A stretch of DNA of 64,000 nucleotides, from assembly GCA_949295915.1 (NCBI GenBank), contig CASFNB010000004.1, positions 4,294 through 68,293 on the forward strand, written 5' to 3'. Both the position numbers and the translations under genes were made by a program. Positions within the stretch are counted from its first letter, which is position 1, and every line of letters starts with the position of its first letter. The notes beneath the pieces are model-generated. The model was not told the origin of the DNA and searched no databases. It saw nothing but the letters and a program-made list of their open reading frames with translations. Source of the DNA: an uncultured Pseudomonadota bacterium (GTDB taxonomy: Bacteria > Pseudomonadota > Alphaproteobacteria > RF32 > CAG-239). Below, one piece after another: positions 58,840-64,000 of this stretch.

Positions 58840-59350
58840 ATATTTTGAAGCTTGCTTCAAGCATCGCCGCACTTCTAAAGATTAATTTCATAAAACTGCA
58901 ACAAAAAAGAGGAAGGCTCTCACGAGTATTCCTCTTTACAAAGTTTCTGTACCATTTGTTGTTTTGGCAAATCACCTTTTATGGCGATTTAAGCAAGCTA
59001 AAACTACTTTCACAAGCAGCATAAATAGTATATGATTAAAAAGTTGCTGTTCAATAAATAATTAAAGAGCGGCTTTCACAAGTGGCTCTTTACGTTTGAT
59101 ATGGGATGAAACGTGTCTATATATTTATTGTAGCTTTTTCTTAAGAAAAAAGAGGGAAGAAAGCTGTCGATCGTTTAAATATATGCCGTTCCAATTTGAC
59201 CGTTTTTCACAAAACAGTTTTCATTGAGCATATTCTTTATAAAATTTTAAGCTATGGAAAAGAAAAATTCAAACGAACCAACCGCAATTCTTTCCCCCCA
59301 AAAAATATATTATGGAAAAAAAATAATTTCTAAAAAATTGTAAACCGTGC
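58840..59350 (-). ncRNA. Putative structured RNA / long 5' leader with four GUGA-capped hairpins
   Basis: GTGA-loop hairpins at 59200-59217, 59063-59092, 59003-59020 and 58906-58937; G-U pairs favour the minus strand; no ORF of 60 aa or more. Confidence 0.5.
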
Positions 59351-59352
59351 TC

Positions 59353-59380
59353 TATATAGCATAGTTTTTTTTATTGTCAA
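59353..59380 (-). promoter_or_regulatory. Sigma-70-type promoter upstream of the structured region
   Basis: TTGACA-N16-TATATA with an extended TG; resembles the alphaproteobacterial CTTGAC...CTATAT consensus. Confidence 0.6.
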
Positions 59381-59402
59381 CTACTTTTTTGTAAAAAATT
59401 GT

Positions 59403-60512
59403 CTAATCTTTATTCGGTAACCAAATTTCCCCTCCGACCATAGGTTCTCTCACACCTGTTGTTGTGGGAAAACTAATCGGCAGGCAATATAATCTGCGTG
59501 CTGCCAAAAAGGCCATCGTTTGCGCTTCCATGGTATCGGCGCGCCATCCTAATTGTCCTGCCGGTATGACCTCAATATCGGGTAACTTGGCTCGCAAAAA
59601 GCGCATTAAGGTTGGATTTTTGGCTCCGCCGCCGCAAACAATCAATTGTGACGGGCGGCTCGGAAAATATAACGCCATCGAATAGGCTATCGCCTCTACC
59701 ACAAATTCGGTTACGGTGGCCGCGCCATCTGCCAAGCTCAATCCTTCAAGATGTTCAAGTTTGTCTTTAAATAAATTTCTATCTAACGATTTCGGCGGAT
59801 ATTTTGCAAAAAACTTATGCCGCATTAAGTTGACCAAAACTTTGTCATTAACCTTTCCGCTTATCGCCAACTTACCGTCATAATCCATATGTAAACCGGC
59901 ATGATAAAAAACCCAATCGTTGATTTGAGCATTTCCCGGTCCGGCATCAAAAGCCATCAACTCTCCGTTATCTCCTACCCATGTCAAATTAGATACGGCT
60001 CCGATATGCGCAATGCCAACCGGCTTTTTGAAGTTATTTACCATTGAAGCATAATAAACCGGAACGAGCGGCCCGCCCTGCCCGCCGGAAAGTAAATCGG
60101 CCTGAACAAAATGATTGACTACCTTAATTCCTGTTAAATTAGCCAATTGTTCCCCGTCTCCCATTTGATAGGTGAAATGTTGCGCCGGATTGTGGTATAA
60201 AGTATGTCCGTGAAAGCCTATGACATCTACTTTGCCGTCGGCAAAATCTATCATCTCTTGCGCAACAGCGGCATGAGCTCTCGTCAGTTTGTCTTCCAAG
60301 GTTTGAAATTCTGCCGCCAAACTTGCCGTTTCCGGACGTTTGCTTGCCAAATTTTGCAAACGCTCTCTGATATCATCATCATAAGGTTCGACGCGACTGC
60401 GCTCAACTTCATAGACATCAACCCCGTCAGTCACTATCAATGCCGCAGCAATGCCGTCTAAAGACGGACTGCTCATCAAACCTAAGGCTCTTATTTTTTT
60501 TATTGTATCCAT
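59403..60512 (-). CDS. anmK: Anhydro-N-acetylmuramic acid kinase homolog (degenerate motifs)
   Basis: GFHGHT, GGQGGPLVP, FDAGPGN, PPKSLDRN, CGGGAKNP, EAQTMAFLA. Confidence 0.85.
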   Translation of the reverse strand: MDTIKKIRALGLMSSPSLDGIAAALIVTDGVDVYEVERSRVEPYDDDIRERLQNLASKRPETASLAAEFQTLEDKLTRAHAAVAQEMIDFADGKVDVIGFHGHTLYHNPAQHFTYQMGDGEQLANLTGIKVVNHFVQADLLSGGQGGPLVPVYYASMVNNFKKPVGIAHIGAVSNLTWVGDNGELMAFDAGPGNAQINDWVFYHAGLHMDYDGKLAISGKVNDKVLVNLMRHKFFAKYPPKSLDRNLFKDKLEHLEGLSLADGAATVTEFVVEAIAYSMALYFPSRPSQLIVCGGGAKNPTLMRFLRAKLPDIEVIPAGQLGWRADTMEAQTMAFLAARRLYCLPISFPTTTGVREPMVGGEIWLPNKD

Positions 60513-60591
60513 AAATTTACCGAATCTGTTGCACTATTATAATTATATGTTAATATGCGTTAAAAATCTATTATAAATAAGGAAAGGAAAA

Positions 60592-61842
60592 ATGACACAA
60601 TTTAAATCTCAATTTGTTAACCTAATGGTTGAACGCGGTTTTTACAATCAATGCACAAACGAATCCGGCTTTGATGAATATTTGTACGAATGCGAAAAAA
60701 GCGGAACGCCAGCTGTGGGTTATCTGGGATCCGACCCAACGGGCGACAGCTTGCACGTCGGGCATATTGTGCCCTTGATGATGATGCGTTGGTTCCAAAA
60801 ATGCGGTCATAAGCCTTTGACTTTGGTCGGCGGTGCAACGGCCAGAATCGGCGATCCTTCCGGTAAAGATAAGTTGCGCCCGTTTCTTTCCGAAGAAACT
60901 TTGGCTCATAACATTGAAGGTTTGAAAAAATCTTTCTCCAAATTTTTGAAATTCGGCGATGGCAAAACCGATGCTGTGATGGTTGATAACTGGGACTGGT
61001 TCAAAGATATTAACTATCTTGCTTTCCTGCGCGATATCGGTACTTATTATTCCGTTAACCGCATGTTGACCATGGATAGCGTTAAATCTCGTTTGGACAG
61101 AGAACAACCCATGTCTTTCTTAGAGTTTAACTATATGCTCCTCCAAGGTTATGACTTCTGCGAACTCTACCAAAAATATGGCTGTCGGGCGCAAATTGCC
61201 GGTTCTGACCAATGGGGTAACATCACTTCCGGTACAGAACTCGGTCGCCGTAAGTATGATGTGGAACTCTTTGGCTTTACCAGCCCGATTATCACCGATT
61301 CAAACGGCAAAAAAATGGGTAAGTCCGAAGGTAATGCGGTTTGGATTAATGAAGAAAAACTCCCCTCTTACGACTACTACCAATATTTTCGTAATATCGG
61401 AGATGCCGAAGTGGGTAAATGTTTGAGAATCTACACCGATTTACCGATGGATGAAATCAGACGCCTCGAAGCTCTTAAAGACAAAGAAATCAATGAAGCT
61501 AAAAAGATTTTGGCTTATGAAGCTACCAAAATTTGTCGCGGAATTGATGAAGCAAATGCTGCGCAAGAAACTGCCGTTAAGCTTTTTGAACAAGGTTCTG
61601 CCGGAGGTGAGTTGCCGAGCATTTCCGTTAACGGTGATATTTCGGTTCTTGATGCCTTTTTGCAAATCGGCTTTGTGGCAAGCAAAGGCGAAGCGCGCCG
61701 TCTGATTAAGCAAGGCGGCCTGAAGCTCAATGATGCCACAGTCTCGGATGAAAATTATGTCATCAAAGCTACCGATTATATCAACGGAGAAGTTAAACTC
61801 TCGCAAGGTAAAAAGAAGCATGGCCTTCTTAAATCGGCATAA
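60592..61842 (+). CDS. tyrS: Tyrosine--tRNA ligase
   Basis: GSDPTGDSLHVGH, YMLLQGYDF, QIAGSDQWGNI, KMGKS, C-terminal S4 domain. Confidence 0.99.
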   Translation: MTQFKSQFVNLMVERGFYNQCTNESGFDEYLYECEKSGTPAVGYLGSDPTGDSLHVGHIVPLMMMRWFQKCGHKPLTLVGGATARIGDPSGKDKLRPFLSEETLAHNIEGLKKSFSKFLKFGDGKTDAVMVDNWDWFKDINYLAFLRDIGTYYSVNRMLTMDSVKSRLDREQPMSFLEFNYMLLQGYDFCELYQKYGCRAQIAGSDQWGNITSGTELGRRKYDVELFGFTSPIITDSNGKKMGKSEGNAVWINEEKLPSYDYYQYFRNIGDAEVGKCLRIYTDLPMDEIRRLEALKDKEINEAKKILAYEATKICRGIDEANAAQETAVKLFEQGSAGGELPSISVNGDISVLDAFLQIGFVASKGEARRLIKQGGLKLNDATVSDENYVIKATDYINGEVKLSQGKKKHGLLKSA

Positions 61843-61846
61843 TTTG

Positions 61847-61874
61847 AAAAGGTCGGAAATTTCCGACCTTTTTT
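61847..61874 (+). terminator. Terminator after tyrS
   Basis: AAAAGGTCGGAA-at-TTCCGACCTTTTTT. Confidence 0.85.
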
Positions 61875-61945
61875 GTATTTACATCACTCCTGTTTTATGG
61901 TATTTTCTTCCTCAAGAAAATTATAAATATTAAAATTATTATATT

Positions 61946-62650
61946 ATGAAAATTACAGACATTATTGACCGCATTGCGGTTGCAGGCGACCGCGTGGTTT
62001 TGTTTTTGCCCAACGGCTTTGAAATTAATCTTGATTTGGCTTTGGCTCACGGAATAGCAAACGGAATGAGCATTGAAGCTGAGTTTTGCCAAACATTGCT
62101 GTTGAGCCTCACCATCAACGGGAAAGTGATTTTTGCTAAGAAAAAAGAAGAGCTTTTACCGGAAATGGAAGTCTTGCAAAAAAAATTAACCATTGAAGCC
62201 GAAGATGAAAAAAGGACAGAAATCAATCTGGAATCTTCTCGTCGGGTAAAAAAACTTTTGCCGCTTTTCAGAACGAGGATAAATGTTCTTTTGCTAAATA
62301 ATAAAAGTTTTATGCAGCCGAAAGACTGGATAAAAGAGCTAAAATCCGCAGAAACCTTGCAAAATGTGTATTTATATTTCAAAGAACAGGGTTTTCTTGA
62401 AAAATGTACATTCCTCGGTTCCGGTATGCTGCAAAAGCTCTATCCGGACTATGGAAAGTTAGACAAAGCTATGGCACAAAATGTTTTTGTGCTTTTTAAC
62501 GCGTTGCTGCAAGATTTGGCTAACGGAATTAATCCCGAAGATGAAAATTCTGTTGAGGCAAATATTTTAACAGCGCGGTTATTGAAAGTACCGAATGTTA
62601 TCGGCGAAGAAGTCAGAGTAATAGATTTGGCTACTATCGCCGAAATTTAA
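61946..62650 (+). CDS. Hypothetical protein
   Basis: 234-aa ORF followed by its own terminator; no motif recognised. Confidence 0.7.
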   Translation: MKITDIIDRIAVAGDRVVLFLPNGFEINLDLALAHGIANGMSIEAEFCQTLLLSLTINGKVIFAKKKEELLPEMEVLQKKLTIEAEDEKRTEINLESSRRVKKLLPLFRTRINVLLLNNKSFMQPKDWIKELKSAETLQNVYLYFKEQGFLEKCTFLGSGMLQKLYPDYGKLDKAMAQNVFVLFNALLQDLANGINPEDENSVEANILTARLLKVPNVIGEEVRVIDLATIAEI

Positions 62651-62658
62651 ATTATCCC

Positions 62659-62698
62659 AAAATCCTTTTCTTTAAACTCCAAGGAAAAGGATTTTTTT
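62659..62698 (+). terminator. Intrinsic terminator
   Basis: AAAATCCTTTTC-loop-GAAAAGGATTTTTTT. Confidence 0.75.
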
Positions 62699-62771
62699 AT
62701 TGTCAAAACGCTTGATATTTTAATTTAATATTCTTAAATTTATAGAAGTGATTTTATGAAAGGATTGTTAG

Positions 62772-63224
62772 ATGCAAGATAATTTGCCCGAACTGCGCGA
62801 TATTCATCTTCCCGAAGGGGTGTCCGCCTTTCCGATTGCTTATGGTTGGTGGTTTATACTTGCCGGAATCGTCCTTTTATTTTTACTCATACAATTTATT
62901 CTTTATCTCAGGCGCTATAGCAAAGCGCGCTATGCCTTAAAACTATTGAAAGAAATTTCTGCCGAAAATATCGTTGATGCGGCTAAAGAAATGTCGGAAA
63001 TCTTGCGGCGAATCTGCGTCTTCAAATATAAAGAAGCAGCTGCGCTCCTCGGTAAAGATTGGATTGAGTTTCTGAATAAAAACAGCAAAATGCCAATTGA
63101 AGACAAAACCGCCGAACTCTTAATTAATGCGCCTTATATTCCTAATGAAAGCAGCACGTATACCCATGATGACTTGGAAGATTTGCGTCGCTTCTGCCAA
63201 AAATGGATAGGAGAAAATCTGTGA
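62772..63224 (+). CDS. DUF4381 family protein
   Basis: LPELRDIHLPEGVSAFPIAYGWW, LRRICV, LLGKDWIEFLN; precedes a VWA gene. Confidence 0.85.
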   Translation: MQDNLPELRDIHLPEGVSAFPIAYGWWFILAGIVLLFLLIQFILYLRRYSKARYALKLLKEISAENIVDAAKEMSEILRRICVFKYKEAAALLGKDWIEFLNKNSKMPIEDKTAELLINAPYIPNESSTYTHDDLEDLRRFCQKWIGENL

Positions 63225-64000
63225 ACCATTTTGCTTATCCTTCCGCCGTCTTTTTACTCATTCTACCGCTTATCTTTCGCTATCTTTTACCAGCCGTAAA
63301 AGGTTTGCACGGTGATGCTTTGAAAATTCCGTTTATTGAAGATTTGCAAAAAATTGCCGTTAAATCAGGAGGAATCTGGGGGGCTCAGCTTGGTAAAAAA
63401 TCTTCTGCTTTGGGCTTGTGGGGACTTTATCTGATTTATATTCTTTTAGTGATTGCCGCGGCACGTCCGCAATGGGTGAGCGAGCCTATTCCCATGCGCT
63501 CGGAAAGTCGCGATATTATGCTGATTATGGATATTTCAAACTCCATGCTTGAGCCCGATTTTGCCATTGGTAATCGGCGCATCAATCGTCTTTCTGCCGT
63601 TAAGAAAACAGCATCAGACTTTATTGACAAACGAACGGACGACCGCATTGGCTTGATTTTGTTTGGCACGCAAGCCTATTTGCAAGCCCCGCTCACATAT
63701 GACAAAAAATCGGTACAAGATATTCTCTGGTCCATGGATGCCGGTATGGCCGGAAACTCAACCTCCATCGGTGATGCTATAGGTTTGGCGCTGAAAAATA
63801 TTAAAGATGATGATAAAAAAGAAAAAATTTTGGTGCTTTTGACTGATGGCGAAAATAACGACGGCTCACTTTCCATGCCGGAAGCCATTAATCTTGCCAA
63901 AAATGAAAATGTGAAAGTTTATACAATCGGGGTGGGCGCCGAAGCTGCGTTTATCGACTCTTTTTTCGGTATGAAAATCGGATTGGGCAACAGCGGTCTT
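63221..64000 (+). CDS. batA: BatA-like VWA-domain protein (partial, runs off the window end)
   Basis: GTG start overlapping the DUF4381 stop; AARPQW, MIDAS DISNSM, DRIGLILFG, TSIGDAIGLA, LLTDGENN; absent from the ORF track. Confidence 0.85.
   Translation, partial: MNHFAYPSAVFLLILPLIFRYLLPAVKGLHGDALKIPFIEDLQKIAVKSGGIWGAQLGKKSSALGLWGLYLIYILLVIAAARPQWVSEPIPMRSESRDIMLIMDISNSMLEPDFAIGNRRINRLSAVKKTASDFIDKRTDDRIGLILFGTQAYLQAPLTYDKKSVQDILWSMDAGMAGNSTSIGDAIGLALKNIKDDDKKEKILVLLTDGENNDGSLSMPEAINLAKNENVKVYTIGVGAEAAFIDSFFGMKIGLGNSGL

Noticed and set aside
58940-59000. GGCAAATCACC...GGCGATTTAAGCAAGCT resembling a c-di-GMP-I riboswitch on the plus strand
   Set aside because: Lacks the GNRA-capped P2 and the GACGCAAAG core, and is in the wrong orientation for the downstream gene.
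59063-59092. GAGCC...GTGA hairpin as group II intron domain V
   Set aside because: The stem is too short, with no AC bulge, domain VI or RT ORF.

Overview
Low-GC chromosomal segment of an alphaproteobacterium. The flagellar gene order (fliF-fliG-fliH-fliN-flbD-flhA-flhF-flhG), flaF/flbT, fzlA-like GST and flagellin type are Rhodospirillales/Caulobacter-like. AT-richness plus hydF and a type-2 IleRS suggest an anaerobic host-associated lineage such as gut RF32 (inference). The window holds three patches of flagellar genes: the export/C-ring operon with fliK-flgD-flgE and flaF, a stand-alone second flgE, and flbT with three flagellins. These are interleaved with housekeeping genes (thrS, accBC, mlaAC, uup, hydF, tcdA, tatD, alr, ileS, anmK, tyrS, batA) and tRNA-Phe. 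Most notable: (i) an orphan 595-aa protein with RelA/SpoT alarmone-synthetase-like motifs, coupled to a Sel1-repeat gene right after the flagellins; (ii) a ~550-nt hairpin-rich leader/ncRNA with four GUGA-tetraloop hairpins; (iii) a 200-bp tRNA-Phe-associated mini-element flanked by a duplicated tRNA 3' end and carrying an antisense copy of the tRNA T-arm; (iv) a covarying hairpin and CtrA-like box upstream of two flagellins; (v) two large effector-like orphans; (vi) no motA at its usual syntenic position; (vii) a degenerate AnmK. No database searches were run; all family calls come from motif recognition.
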